Positions 36,562 to 45,340 of a stretch of 64,000 nt of DNA are shown one piece after another. The translations under genes were made by a program, and so were the position numbers. The notes below the pieces were generated by a model. That model had not been told where the DNA came from and made no database searches. It worked only from the letters and a program-made list of their open reading frames with translations. Within the stretch, counting starts at the first letter, position 1. Every line of letters starts with the position of its first letter. Origin of the DNA: a virus; the IMG/VR virus record IMGVR_UViG_3300011440_000001; one strand, 5' to 3'.

Positions 36562-36668
36562 CGGAAGGTGGCGTGGTGACTGTCGCGGTGCCGCGTTTCG
36601 CAGAGGGCGCGGGGCTCGGACCTGCCCACGAGCATGCACACGCCCGACAGTCACCACCAGGAACATGA

Positions 36669-36744
36669 TGCGGGGAGGTGCCCTGGTGGGCATGGATGGC
36701 TCATAACCATCACGTGGTCGGTTCGATTCCGACCCCCGCTACCA
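36669..36744 (+). tRNA. tRNA with anticodon CAU (Met or Ile2-type), CCA encoded; unusual U1·U72 mismatch
   Basis: Hand-folded. D-arm GTGC/GCAT. Anticodon stem GATGG/CCATC, loop CTCATAA. T-arm GTCGG-TTCGATT-CCGAC. Acceptor positions 2-7 paired. Confidence 0.65.
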
Positions 36745-36876
36745 GTGTTGAGGGTTGCAGCGGGTCGCCGCCACTCCGTAAGGAACGCGGACGGCTCTCT
36801 AAATTTCAAGCTGGGGAGTCGGCTTGACGGCCCGCTGCTTCAGATTCCACATCAGGGCGGATACGGGGAGGGGACA

Positions 36877-37098
36877 ATGACTGGCATCCTGAGCATGCCC
36901 TGGGGCACCGCCATCGTGATGGGAGTGGAAGACCGCCCGCCGAAGCGTTACTACATCCCGGTCTACCAGCCCATGTCGGTCTGGTCGCCCCACGAGACTC
37001 CCGACCAGCATGATGGCGCCTATCGGCTTGTCTTCGGGTTGGTCGAGGTCATTGGCGACGCGGCCCGGTACGAATTCCTCGAGATCTCGAGATTCTAA
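36877..37098 (+). CDS. small hypothetical protein (73 aa; start trimmed so it does not overlap the tRNA)
   Basis: SD GGGGAGGGG upstream of ATG 36877. Confidence 0.4.
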   Translation: MTGILSMPWGTAIVMGVEDRPPKRYYIPVYQPMSVWSPHETPDQHDGAYRLVFGLVEVIGDAARYEFLEISRF

Positions 37099-37126
37099 CG
37101 CGCCCACGTGGCGCAGGAGGGTGTGA

Positions 37127-37975
37127 ATGGGATTCTTCACTCGCAAGGTCGTGGACACGAGGTTCAACAGCTTCCACACCGAGCCCAGGGTCGGGCGTAT
37201 CTTCGGCACAGCGATCGGCGCCGTCGTCGGGCTCATCGTCCTGTTCGGGTCGCTGTTCACCGTGGATGCCGGCGAGCGCACAGTGATCCTGCGCTTCGGG
37301 AAGGTCAACCGGATTGCCGAGCCGGGGCTCAACATCAAGCTGCCGCTCATCGAGGCCCGGCGCACCATCGACGTGCGCGTCCGCAAGATGCTCACGGAGT
37401 CGGACGCCTCCAGTAAGGACCTCCAGATCATCCACTCGGAAATCGCGCTGAACTACAACGTCCAGCCCGATCGCGTGGCCTCCGTCTACGAGACCATCGG
37501 TGGTGAATGGGAGTCCCGCATCATCGAGCCAGCCATCCGCGAAGCCTTCAAGAGCGTCACGGCTCGCTACACCGCCGAGGATCTGATCCAGAAGCGGCCC
37601 GAGGTCAGCGCCGCGATGGCCGAGAAGCTGCGCGCGGACATGGGCGAGTACGGCCTGAACGTAGCCGACATCAGCATCACGGACTTCGACTTCTCCGAGG
37701 AGTTCAACAGCGCCATCGAGGCCAAGCAGACGGCCGAGCAGCACGCCCTCAAGGCTGTCCGGGATCTCGAGCGGATCAAGACAGAGGCAGAGCAGCGCGT
37801 TGTCGAGGCGCGCGGGCAGGCCGAAGCGCTCAAGGTCCAGAAGCAGGAAGTCACGCCCGAGCTGATTCGCCTGCGCGAGGTCGAGAACCAGAAGGCGGCG
37901 ATCGAGAAGTGGAACGGCGTGCTCCCCACCGTGACGGGCGGCGGCGCGATTCCATTCATCAACGTCAAGCCGTGA
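37127..37975 (+). CDS. SPFH/band-7 (prohibitin/HflC-like) membrane protein
   Basis: N-terminal TM helix, SPFH-like core, then a long Glu/Ala/Lys/Gln coiled coil. Confidence 0.6.
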   Translation: MGFFTRKVVDTRFNSFHTEPRVGRIFGTAIGAVVGLIVLFGSLFTVDAGERTVILRFGKVNRIAEPGLNIKLPLIEARRTIDVRVRKMLTESDASSKDLQIIHSEIALNYNVQPDRVASVYETIGGEWESRIIEPAIREAFKSVTARYTAEDLIQKRPEVSAAMAEKLRADMGEYGLNVADISITDFDFSEEFNSAIEAKQTAEQHALKAVRDLERIKTEAEQRVVEARGQAEALKVQKQEVTPELIRLREVENQKAAIEKWNGVLPTVTGGGAIPFINVKP

Positions 37976-38145
37976 GCCGCCGTGGGCACCGCCAGCAACT
38001 CAAGGGCGGCCGGGAGTACGACTGGGTCGGCCGGTGGCGCCGCTTCTACCACTGGGGCTCAGGTGTGGGCAAGTACGTCAAGAGCCGGATGAGCAGGCGG
38101 AGCCGCCGGCTGGCGAAGGCCGAAGCGAGAAGGCAGGATACTTGA

Positions 38146-38516
38146 TGGCCGCGAAGCCGCGTAAGGACCTGAAGTTCCACGGATGGGACTGGACTGAACT
38201 GCTCGCCATCTGGCCCGAGTCCAGGCGCGTGGAGTGGCCGAAAGACACGAAGGCGAATCACTACAAGGAGGAGGCGCAGGCCAACTGGATCCTTCACCGT
38301 CTCGATGAGATGTACGCCCTCGAATACCCGACATTGGGGGGAGAGGCTACGCCCGAGACGAAGTGGCGCTACCGGCAGGTCAGACGGTTCGCCAAGAAGT
38401 GCGCGGCGAGCAGCCATCACACCGGCCGAGGCATCATGAAGGCCATCGCCAACGAGAAAGACCTGACCGCATTCCTGGGGTGGTTCTCGATGTCGCTGCG
38501 CGCCTGGTGGACATGA
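38146..38516 (+). CDS. hypothetical protein (123 aa)
   Basis: Trp-rich. First of a long run of coupled small genes. Confidence 0.35.
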
Positions 38517-38737
38517 TGGCCGCCACCCATGCCTACATCGGGCGCAAGCCGTGCGGGTGCGTCGTGGCAGCCTGCGTGGATGACGAGAGCGACAGGGCCG
38601 AGAGCGCGCGCTTCACGGCGCGCCTGATCCGCCAGGGCATGACAGTGGAGCGGCGCGAGACCACATGGGTCCGTGACAACCTCAAGGGATGTCGCTGCGC
38701 GCCGTCGCAGCGGAGCCTGCCGAAAGACGAGCGATGA
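38513..38737 (+). CDS. small Cys-containing protein (74 aa)
   Basis: ATGA overlap. Confidence 0.3.
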   Translation: MMAATHAYIGRKPCGCVVAACVDDESDRAESARFTARLIRQGMTVERRETTWVRDNLKGCRCAPSQRSLPKDER

Positions 38738-38946
38738 GCGAGCCTGCGGTGCCCACGCCACCAGCGCGAGGATCATGCTGGCTGTTTCATGCCTGGAGCA
38801 GATGGAGCAAGCCGGAGTCCAAGAAAATCAGCAAGTTCATCATGGGGCGCGTCGTTGCGCCACCGGAGGGCCAGGAGTTCGTCGTGTGGCGCCAGCAGCG
38901 GGAGTGCTACAAGTGCAGCAAGGTCGAGGTGCGCGAGGTCACGTGA
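38734..38946 (+). CDS. small protein (70 aa)
   Basis: ATGA overlap. C-terminal CxxC. Confidence 0.3.
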   Translation: MSEPAVPTPPARGSCWLFHAWSRWSKPESKKISKFIMGRVVAPPEGQEFVVWRQQRECYKCSKVEVREVT

Positions 38947-39033
38947 ATAGGAGCGCAGGGGCCAAGAACCCCAGGTTCGACCCATACGGACGCTCACGGC
39001 GATTCGTCACAGGACATAACACCGGAGATCCTC

Positions 39034-40119
39034 GTGGCCGATTCCGCGATTGAATGGACAGACAAAGTCTGGAACGTCGTGCGCGGCTGTTCTCGCGTGT
39101 CGGCTGGCTGCGGTGGGCCTGGCAACGCCGGTGGCTGCTACGCAGAGCGGCAAGCCTACCGCTTCTCTGGCCCAGGTCAACCGTATGAAGGGCTGGTGCG
39201 TATGACTCCGTCAGGTCCACGCTGGACCGGCAAGGTCGCCCTTATCCCGGAGAAGCTCGAGGAACCGTTGCGCTGGAGAAAGCCGCAGAAGATCTTCGTG
39301 AACTCGATGAGCGACCTGTTCCACGAGGGGGTGTCGGACGTCGAGATCGACCGCGTGTTCGTCACGATGTGGTACGCGCGCCAGCACACCTTCCAGGTGC
39401 TCACGAAGCGCCCGCGGCGGATGCTCGCGTGGTCGCGCGGGATGCTCAACAGCGACCGATGGGACGCGGCGCGCCTCCCCCTGTATCAGGCGTTCCGTGA
39501 GCAGTCGCGCGCGGCCAAGGGCGCGCACAGAATCGGACTGGCCCTGAACCGCGCGGAACGGGTTGGCGTCATGGGCGCGTGGCCGGAGTGGCCGCTCCCG
39601 AACGTCTGGCTCGGGGTCAGTGTTGAGGACCAGGCGACGGCCGACGAGCGGATCCCGTTTCTGCTCGAGACCCCGGCGGCGAAGCACTTCGTCTCCTATG
39701 AACCTGCTCTCGGGCCGGTGGACTTCAAGAAGTGGCACGGCATTTGTGAGAACAGCAACTGCCCGCACACCATCTACGACTGTCGCAATGGCCCCGATGT
39801 GTCCCTGCTCGACCTCGTGATCGTCGGGGGCGAGTCCGGCCCAGGGGCGCGCCCGTGCGACGTGGCGTGGATCCGCAGCGCGGTGCGCCAGTGCCGGGAG
39901 GCTCAAGTCGCGTGTTTCGTGAAGCAGCTCGGGGCGCGGCCCATCCTAGACGTGCGCGAGGAAGACGTGTTCTCCGAGTTGTGCGCCGCGAAGCATCGCC
40001 GCTGGCACGATCCAGGAGGGGCCGAGCCCAGACGGCAAGTTCTCGCGCTCAAGGACCGCAAGGGAGGCGACCCATCCGAGTGGCCCGAGGATCTCCGTGT
40101 CCGCGAGTTCCCATCATGA
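39034..40119 (+). CDS. phage Gp37/Gp68 family protein (DUF5131-like)
   Basis: N-terminal IEWTD…W.VV.GC…GC…CYAE signature. 361 aa. GTG start. Confidence 0.5.
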   Translation: MADSAIEWTDKVWNVVRGCSRVSAGCGGPGNAGGCYAERQAYRFSGPGQPYEGLVRMTPSGPRWTGKVALIPEKLEEPLRWRKPQKIFVNSMSDLFHEGVSDVEIDRVFVTMWYARQHTFQVLTKRPRRMLAWSRGMLNSDRWDAARLPLYQAFREQSRAAKGAHRIGLALNRAERVGVMGAWPEWPLPNVWLGVSVEDQATADERIPFLLETPAAKHFVSYEPALGPVDFKKWHGICENSNCPHTIYDCRNGPDVSLLDLVIVGGESGPGARPCDVAWIRSAVRQCREAQVACFVKQLGARPILDVREEDVFSELCAAKHRRWHDPGGAEPRRQVLALKDRKGGDPSEWPEDLRVREFPS

Positions 40120-40277
40120 AGTGTGAGGTCTGTGAGGCCCCGATTCACTTCAACGAAGGCAGGATGCAGGGGTCCACAATGGACTCGAAGGTCCATACCG
40201 ACCCGCACATCTGCAAATGGAACCTGCTGATCGCCGCGCTCCATCATATCAAGGACGCGCTCTACATGGTGAGATGA
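40116..40277 (+). CDS. small zinc-finger-like protein (53 aa)
   Basis: ATGA overlap. CEVCE…HICKW. Confidence 0.3.
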   Translation: MKCEVCEAPIHFNEGRMQGSTMDSKVHTDPHICKWNLLIAALHHIKDALYMVR

Positions 40278-40825
40278 TGCCAGAGACGAAGACGGCGCTG
40301 GATCGACTTCTCGAGGCGGCGTGGGAGGCCGTGGGCGAAGTGGGCTGCAATGGCTCGCTGGAAGTGCTGGAGGATGCCCTGCACGCGTTCGAGGCTGCGG
40401 CGCCGGATGCGTTCTTGTGCCCTGGCAGTGATGAGGACCCGTTGACGGCCTACCCGAACACGCCGAATCAGGAGTACGGGGAGATGTGCGCGACGGACAT
40501 CCCCCTCTTCGCCCTCCCCCGGCGGGAGCAGCGGGAGGACGTGGCAGGCACGGCACTATGTCAGCACACAAGGACTCGCCGCTTCATGCAGCCAGCCTCG
40601 ACGAATTATGTATCGTGTGAGGATTGCGGCGCTACATGTCCCGATGCCCTCGACCGCTTCGGAGACCCCGGCGGCAGGGGGCTGTGGGCGATGCGGAAGA
40701 GGGACGAGCCCTCCAGCGCCGAGCCGGTGCGGCATTGTGAGGGGTGTATAGGCACATGGCCGGTGTCCGACGAGGACGGAGCCCCAGAGGTGTCCTGCCC
40801 CGGCATCGGCAAGGAGGCGCGATGA
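40274..40825 (+). CDS. Cys-rich hypothetical protein (183 aa)
   Basis: ATGATG start. Multiple C…C pairs. Confidence 0.35.
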   Translation: MMPETKTALDRLLEAAWEAVGEVGCNGSLEVLEDALHAFEAAAPDAFLCPGSDEDPLTAYPNTPNQEYGEMCATDIPLFALPRREQREDVAGTALCQHTRTRRFMQPASTNYVSCEDCGATCPDALDRFGDPGGRGLWAMRKRDEPSSAEPVRHCEGCIGTWPVSDEDGAPEVSCPGIGKEAR

Positions 40826-41022
40826 CCAAGCCCACGCCCCGTCGGCGCGCGGTGTGTAGAGCCGTGACGTGGATTCACCCTCAGAGCGGTTTCAGTCGTA
40901 AGCGTAGGTGCGCTCGTCGCAGTGGCCACATTGGAGATCATCTCGACTTCGAGTACGCCAATGACGGAACCAAGGTCCCTCAGTGTTGGCCGCGCACCAG
41001 CGCAATGAGGCCGAGGCGATGA
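40822..41022 (+). CDS. small basic protein (66 aa)
   Basis: ATGA overlap. Confidence 0.25.
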   Translation: MTKPTPRRRAVCRAVTWIHPQSGFSRKRRCARRSGHIGDHLDFEYANDGTKVPQCWPRTSAMRPRR

Positions 41023-41393
41023 ACGCGACCGCGCGTTGCACCGACTGCCGTTCGGAGTTCACCGAGGCGCAGATTACCGGGGTGAACGCCTGTCCCGTGT
41101 GCGGCACTGATGGCGTGCCGATGAATATCGCTGACGACGTGACCATCGCTATCAACTGGCACGAGCTGCGCATTCTCGGGATATGGGCGAGCAACTGGGC
41201 GGAGAAGTTCTGTGAGGCTAAGTCTCGCAGGACCCTTGGGAGCATTCTCCGCTCCATCGCCGCACAGCATCCCGGACGCGGTGCCCTCACGATGGTCGGT
41301 GAGCTACAGGAGGTCGCGGACCACTTCGGGACCGATATCACCGCGGCCGAGGGGGACACAACAAGGACAATTAAAGGAGTGAAACCTTCATGA
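41019..41393 (+). CDS. zinc-ribbon protein (124 aa)
   Basis: CTDC…CPVC. ATGA overlap. Confidence 0.35.
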   Translation: MNATARCTDCRSEFTEAQITGVNACPVCGTDGVPMNIADDVTIAINWHELRILGIWASNWAEKFCEAKSRRTLGSILRSIAAQHPGRGALTMVGELQEVADHFGTDITAAEGDTTRTIKGVKPS

Positions 41394-41572
41394 CCCCCGA
41401 GATGCGAGCGGCAGTCGAGTCGTGTCGCCACGAATGGCGCAGCGGGCACAGCCCCATCTGCGAAAACCTAATGGACCATCAGGGGACGTGCTGCTGTGGC
41501 AAATGGGAACATGAGAGCCGTTGCCTCGCCGCCGTGCGCCGCGAGATGGCGAAGGAGGGGGTAGATGGGTAA
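41390..41572 (+). CDS. small Cys-rich protein (60 aa)
   Basis: Cys/His cluster …CCCGKWEHESRC…. Confidence 0.35.
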   Translation: MTPEMRAAVESCRHEWRSGHSPICENLMDHQGTCCCGKWEHESRCLAAVRREMAKEGVDG

Positions 41573-41816
41573 GCGCCTGAACGACGTGACACTTGAGGAG
41601 ATCCGCGAGGACGCGCGCCGCGAGCGCGAGCACGAAGATTCCGAGGCGCGGCGGGAGGGGCCATGCGAACGATGCGACATGCCGCGCTCGCAGCACTTCC
41701 ATCCTGAGGAGTGGCCCCAGGAGACCCGATGGCATTGTGCTCAGTGCGGGAAGCCGATGCAATTTGCCGATGGAATCTGCTTCGCGTGCAACGGCGGTGA
41801 GGACCCCGGACGATGA
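41565..41816 (+). CDS. small Cys-rich acidic protein (83 aa)
   Basis: CERCD…CAQCG…CFAC. Confidence 0.35.
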   Translation: MGKRLNDVTLEEIREDARREREHEDSEARREGPCERCDMPRSQHFHPEEWPQETRWHCAQCGKPMQFADGICFACNGGEDPGR

Positions 41817-41865
41817 TCCTCCTCGCCGCCGCCGCCCTCACCGTCTCGCAGCCTCGGGGGGCACG

Positions 41866-42396
41866 ATGATTCTATCTCGGACGTGGGCAATGCCGAGTGC
41901 GGCCACGTTCTCGATCCCGCCGATACGGTTCCTGATCGAGCGATGGCTACCGGCAGGCGACACCCTGGACCCATTTGCCCGCGGCTCTCTGATGACAACG
42001 GTACGCAACGACATTGACCCGGCCCACGGAACAGAGTTCACGCTGGACGCGAGAGAGTTTCTGGCGGCGATGGCTGGGCGTAGTTTTGCCGGCGCACTGA
42101 TGGACCCGCCCTACTCTCCGCGCCACATCTCCGAGTGCTACAAGGCCATCGGGAGAAATGTATCCGGCATCGACACACAGAACGCGGCCCTTTACTCGTC
42201 CGTGCGCGATCTTCTCGCTCCGCTCATTGAGTTCGATGGCATCGTCATCTCCTTCGGGTGGAATAGTGTTGGGATGGGGATTAAGCGCGGGTTCGCTCAG
42301 GAGGAGATCTTGCTGGTCTGCCACGGGGCGGCACACAACGACACCATTTGCGTCGTGGAGCGCAAAGTGGAGGAGCAACATTGCCTACCGTCATGA
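41866..42396 (+). CDS. small DNA (N6-adenine / N4-cytosine) methyltransferase
   Basis: Motif I-like TLDPFARGS and catalytic motif IV ALMDPPYSP (DPPY). Confidence 0.5.
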   Translation: MILSRTWAMPSAATFSIPPIRFLIERWLPAGDTLDPFARGSLMTTVRNDIDPAHGTEFTLDAREFLAAMAGRSFAGALMDPPYSPRHISECYKAIGRNVSGIDTQNAALYSSVRDLLAPLIEFDGIVISFGWNSVGMGIKRGFAQEEILLVCHGAAHNDTICVVERKVEEQHCLPS

Positions 42397-42713
42397 CCGC
42401 TCTCGCGCTGACCGTCTCGCAGCTCTGCGGCCACTGGTATAGCTCGCCCCCGCAGACCGACGCCCCGTGCGGCGTCGATGGCGTGGCCATCTACCTGCAG
42501 TCCGCGCCGCGGCCTGCGTGCGCCCCCGGGAAGATTGTCGAGGGCGCGTCCATCGAGTCGATGGTCGTGGCGCTGCGCGAGCTGGCTGCGCGTGCCAAGG
42601 AGAGGGGGGCGGACACCGTGCATCTGAGTCAGTACGACCGGCGCTCACGAGGTGACGCGGGACCGACGTGGACGGCGCGGGGGCGGTGGTTCCGGTGCGG
42701 GGGCGCGAGATGA
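42393..42713 (+). CDS. hypothetical protein (106 aa)
   Basis: ATGA overlap with the MTase stop. Confidence 0.35.
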   Translation: MTALALTVSQLCGHWYSSPPQTDAPCGVDGVAIYLQSAPRPACAPGKIVEGASIESMVVALRELAARAKERGADTVHLSQYDRRSRGDAGPTWTARGRWFRCGGAR

Positions 42714-42988
42714 ACAAGGCCGCACACGTTCGCAGCGCATCGCAGTCGCGCAAACATCACTGTCACTGGCCCGGATGCGTCGTTCAGGTCCCTCCAGCCA
42801 TGTGGGGATGCAGATACCACTGGTTCCGTATTCCACGGCACCTCCGCAACAACATCTGGCACGCCTACAGGCCGGGACAGGAGGACGACATGCAGGTGTC
42901 GAGTGTGTACGAGGCCGCAGCGAAGGCGGTGCAGGACTGGATCGCATTGCAGGCCGCCGCTGATGGCGGGGGGAAGGGGAGCGAGTGA
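42710..42988 (+). CDS. small Cys/His-rich protein (92 aa)
   Basis: ATGA overlap. HCHWPGC…CRYHW. Confidence 0.35.
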   Translation: MNKAAHVRSASQSRKHHCHWPGCVVQVPPAMWGCRYHWFRIPRHLRNNIWHAYRPGQEDDMQVSSVYEAAAKAVQDWIALQAAADGGGKGSE

Positions 42989-43143
42989 AGGGTGACATCT
43001 GGTATTGCGTCTGTGGGAGACCATTCGCCCCTGACGATGGTCCGCTACCGAGAGAATGCGATTGTCCGTGCCATGAGGCAAACGTGGACCGCTCCGACTG
43101 CCCAGAGGAGTCTCGTCCACTTTCACTTGAGTAACCGCGCGGC
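42985..43143 (+). CDS. small Cys-rich protein (51 aa)
   Basis: GTGA overlap. CVCG…CDCPCH. Confidence 0.25.
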
Positions 43144-43166
43144 TCCGGCCGCAACAGGAGGAAGGG

Positions 43167-43448
43167 ATGGCTGCGAAGTTTCGCAAGAGGCCCGTCGTGA
43201 TCGAAGCGATGCAATTTGACGGGCACAACTACCCGGAGGTCGTCTCGTGGATTGAGAGTCACGCGGGACACCCTGAGATGGCGTACTCGCCAGCGGGCAC
43301 GCTGTCGATGATGATCCCGACGCTTGAGGGAGACCATCGGGCTAATCCTGGCGACTGGATCATCCGCGGCGTGAGGGGCGAGTTCTACCCATGTAAAGAC
43401 GAGATTTTCAGGATGACTTACGAGCCAGCAGGTCCCGATGAGACTTGA
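43167..43448 (+). CDS. hypothetical protein (93 aa)
   Basis: SD AGGAGGAAGGG. Confidence 0.4.
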   Translation: MAAKFRKRPVVIEAMQFDGHNYPEVVSWIESHAGHPEMAYSPAGTLSMMIPTLEGDHRANPGDWIIRGVRGEFYPCKDEIFRMTYEPAGPDET

Positions 43449-43638
43449 CCGAGTGACAGGTCGCCCGACGCCCTCGCAGCAGCATCAAAGGACGTGCCCG
43501 AAGTGCCGCGCGCGGGAGTGGTGCGTCACGGCCATGGACCTCATCGCGCAGGCGAAGGGATACCTGTCGTGGGACTTTATGGTGGCGGAGATTCGGGCCG
43601 AGCAGATGAGGATGGCCAAGCCAACGAAGGGGGCGTGA
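43438..43638 (+). CDS. small protein with CPKC motif (66 aa)
   Basis: ORF. Confidence 0.3.
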   Translation: MRLDRVTGRPTPSQQHQRTCPKCRAREWCVTAMDLIAQAKGYLSWDFMVAEIRAEQMRMAKPTKGA

Positions 43639-43964
43639 TGGATGACCTGGTGAACCGATGTGACGAGCCTGGGTACATCGGCCTGGATTCAGAGGCGGGT
43701 AAGCGCTTCGGGTTCACGTCGGACAAATACGGCGGCTGGCTGTGGGAGCGCGACGGCGCGATCTACGTGTCATTCATCGCCACGAGGGACGAGGGGCGCG
43801 GGGATCTGTCGGCCCTCTTCAATGCCATCCTGGCGGCTGGCCTGACCGTGAAGGTCCCGACCCCACTCGGGAAGATGCGGAACATCCTGGAGCGCAAGGA
43901 GTTCACACTCACCCATGAGCCCACGGAGCTTGGTGACTGCGAGGTCTGGGTGAAGCGCCCATGA
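43638..43964 (+). CDS. hypothetical protein (108 aa)
   Basis: TGATG overlap. Confidence 0.35.
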   Translation: MDDLVNRCDEPGYIGLDSEAGKRFGFTSDKYGGWLWERDGAIYVSFIATRDEGRGDLSALFNAILAAGLTVKVPTPLGKMRNILERKEFTLTHEPTELGDCEVWVKRP

Positions 43965-44155
43965 GGGACGTCGTCCCTGCCGACATGTACGCCCTGCTCT
44001 ACTGGATGGTCAGGAGCGCGCCGGGCCAGCGCATCGAGGTCCCCTGCCGCGAGATCGCCGGCGCACGGTTCCACATCAAGCTGCAGATGATCGAGCGGGA
44101 CGGCGCACCGCTCCTGGTCGCCTCCCTGGAGCAAGAGAATAATTTACCCTCTTGA
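43961..44155 (+). CDS. small hypothetical protein (64 aa)
   Basis: ATGA overlap. Confidence 0.3.
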   Translation: MRDVVPADMYALLYWMVRSAPGQRIEVPCREIAGARFHIKLQMIERDGAPLLVASLEQENNLPS

Positions 44156-44169
44156 GGGGGCCGTCATCC

Positions 44170-44198
44170 TTGACCTGAGTGTCAAGTCGGCGTATTCT
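44170..44198 (+). promoter_or_regulatory. sigma70-like promoter with embedded palindromic operator (copy 4)
   Basis: TTGACC-N17-TATTCT with TTGACC-TGAG-TGTCAA. Confidence 0.45.
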
Positions 44199-44206
44199 TC
44201 TGCAGC

Positions 44207-44449
44207 ATGCCAGCGCCGCAACTGACCCGAACACGGTGTCCACACTGCAGATCCATCCTCACCCGTATCCACTACCCATGGTTCCGGCGCACGCGGATCC
44301 GCGCCGGGCTCAAGATGATCGACGTGGCGAAGGCCACCGGCTACACCGAGTCGTTCATCAGCGTGGTGGAGCGCGGTAAGCGCCGGTGCCCACCGACGCT
44401 CGAGGGGTACTACCGGGATCTGGGGGCCAAGCCTGGTGGGGCGGCGTGA
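44207..44449 (+). CDS. small HTH (XRE-like) DNA-binding protein
   Basis: MIDVAKATGYTESFISVVERGKRR helix-turn-helix. N-terminal CxxC. Confidence 0.45.
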   Translation: MPAPQLTRTRCPHCRSILTRIHYPWFRRTRIRAGLKMIDVAKATGYTESFISVVERGKRRCPPTLEGYYRDLGAKPGGAA

Positions 44450-44859
44450 GCCACAGCATCTTCGTCGTGCGTGAGCCGGTAGGCTACGTGCGCATGACTC
44501 GCGACAGCAAGTGGAGCAAGTCGGCCGCCAGGTACTTCAAGTTCAAGCAGGACGTGGCTCAGAGCGCGAAGATGGTGGGGATGCGGCTGCCCCTGGTCGC
44601 CACCAGGAGGGCGCCGGTGATGGTGATCACGGCCTGCTCGTTCGTCAACATGCGCTCGCCAGACCCAGGCAACGTCCAGAAGGCGGTCGAGGACGCGCTA
44701 TTCTACAAGTCCGAGGGCGGTGACAAGCACGTCGCGGGACTCTACTGGCCGGCCGAATACGGCTCAGACATCAACGAGGTGGAGATCATGGTCATGAAGT
44801 GGCACGACCCGGCGCTCGATGACCTGCGCAACGCTATCCTGCGCCTCGCTACCACGTGA
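44446..44859 (+). CDS. rusA: RusA-family Holliday junction resolvase
   Basis: …ITACSF…PDPGNVQKAVEDALF… matches the RusA DxDN-x-KAxxDAL catalytic core. GTGA overlap start. Confidence 0.6.
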   Translation: MSHSIFVVREPVGYVRMTRDSKWSKSAARYFKFKQDVAQSAKMVGMRLPLVATRRAPVMVITACSFVNMRSPDPGNVQKAVEDALFYKSEGGDKHVAGLYWPAEYGSDINEVEIMVMKWHDPALDDLRNAILRLATT

Positions 44860-45340
44860 GCAAGGTGGTCTTCGGCCCGAGCCCGCTGCCTGACCTCTTG
44901 CGCCTCAACTCCCTGGTGCGAGTCTTGATGTTGGACGCCTCTGTGGGGCCGGCGACCAGCCCGGCGATCGGCGTTGAGGACGGCCCGCCCACGCACTCAG
45001 ACACCCCCTCCTCGAAGTCCACGGCATAGACGCAGCCCCAGACCACTCCACCGAGAGGCACCGCGGATTCGATGTGGACGCCGAAGGCAGGCCCCCCTGG
45101 CTGGTTCGCCAGGATGGTGCAGGCGATGGGCTGCGGAGGGCCGATGACCATACATGGCGCCGGGCAGTCAGGCGTCGCCGGCACCATGACGTTGACCCGC
45201 ATGCTGGTGCGGCAGACGTACCCATCGACTCCGGGCGACGGGCTCGGGTCGAATGTGAGGATCAGGGATAGAGCAAGGGCCTTGCACCGCATTCTGGACT
45301 CACCACAGGCTAACCCCGCAGCCGAGCCCAACCCCGGCAA
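44849..45340 (-). CDS. secreted Cys-rich protein (start probably at the MRCKALALSLIL signal peptide)
   Basis: Signal-peptide-like N-terminus and 8 Cys. Last gene of the lysis block. Confidence 0.35.
   Translation of the reverse strand: MPGLGSAAGLACGESRMRCKALALSLILTFDPSPSPGVDGYVCRTSMRVNVMVPATPDCPAPCMVIGPPQPIACTILANQPGGPAFGVHIESAVPLGGVVWGCVYAVDFEEGVSECVGGPSSTPIAGLVAGPTEASNIKTRTRELRRKRSGSGLGPKTTLLTW

Noticed and set aside
36634-37098. 154-aa ORF start at 36634
   Set aside because: It would overlap the tRNA(CAU) gene on the same strand. The gene was trimmed to the SD-supported ATG at 36877.
41813-41869. 18-codon mini-ORF (MILLAAAALTVSQPRGAR) upstream of the MTase gene
   Set aside because: Too short and Ala-rich. 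More likely a leader or noise. The MTase start at 41866 is supported by the overlapping stop.
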